A DNA stretch of 64,000 bases from Octopus vulgaris (taxonomy: Eukaryota): assembly GCA_951406725.2 (NCBI GenBank), contig OX597828.1, positions 12,152,001 to 12,216,000 on the forward strand, given 5' to 3'. The notes below the pieces were generated by a model. The model was not told where the DNA came from. It did not search any database and was given only the letters and a program-made list of their open reading frames with translations. The translations under genes were made by a program, and so were the position numbers. Position 1 is the first letter of the stretch; every line of letters starts with the position of its first letter. Of the stretch, positions 63,715 through 64,000 are shown piece by piece.

Positions 63715-63858
63715 CAAGGTTAAAGTTTTTATTTTTCATTCCCTTCGAAAATTTCGCTTAAATGTGGTTTTGGTCGTTTTGACTGCTTCTTCTAGCGAGT
63801 AAAATTCCTGCTAAATGGTAGTTTCTTTTGTTTTTAAATGTACACTATTTTATATTGA

Positions 63859-63937
<79 letters not shown>

Positions 63938-64000
63938 AAATAAGAAAATGGAGAAATACATCCAAATCAATTATCAACTACCGGATAATACCTAATCACA

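Overview
AT-rich, microsatellite- and SINE-dense eukaryotic DNA; the repeat style resembles an Octopus/coleoid cephalopod genome (inference). The dominant feature is a + strand inter-alpha-trypsin inhibitor heavy chain (ITIH)-like locus: signal peptide, VIT, vWA with intact MIDAS, GDPH autocleavage site, C-terminal ITI-HC domain. I reconstructed it by hand with GT-AG boundaries and consistent phases. Copy A has exons 1-11 (4393-38943) behind a TATA+Inr promoter. After a 100-N gap, a diverged copy B repeats exons 7-11 and carries the only exons 12-13 (40490-55819). The A1-11 + B12-13 path gives 2571 nt (856 aa). The rest is transposon debris: an R4/Dong-like LINE, an REL endonuclease fragment, mariner, Helitrons, a MITE, several tRNA-derived SINE families, a (TAA)n-associated repeat, and Penelope-like repeats with minimal hammerhead-like motifs. 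Several long hairpins lie near exons. All alignments and difference counts were done by eye.
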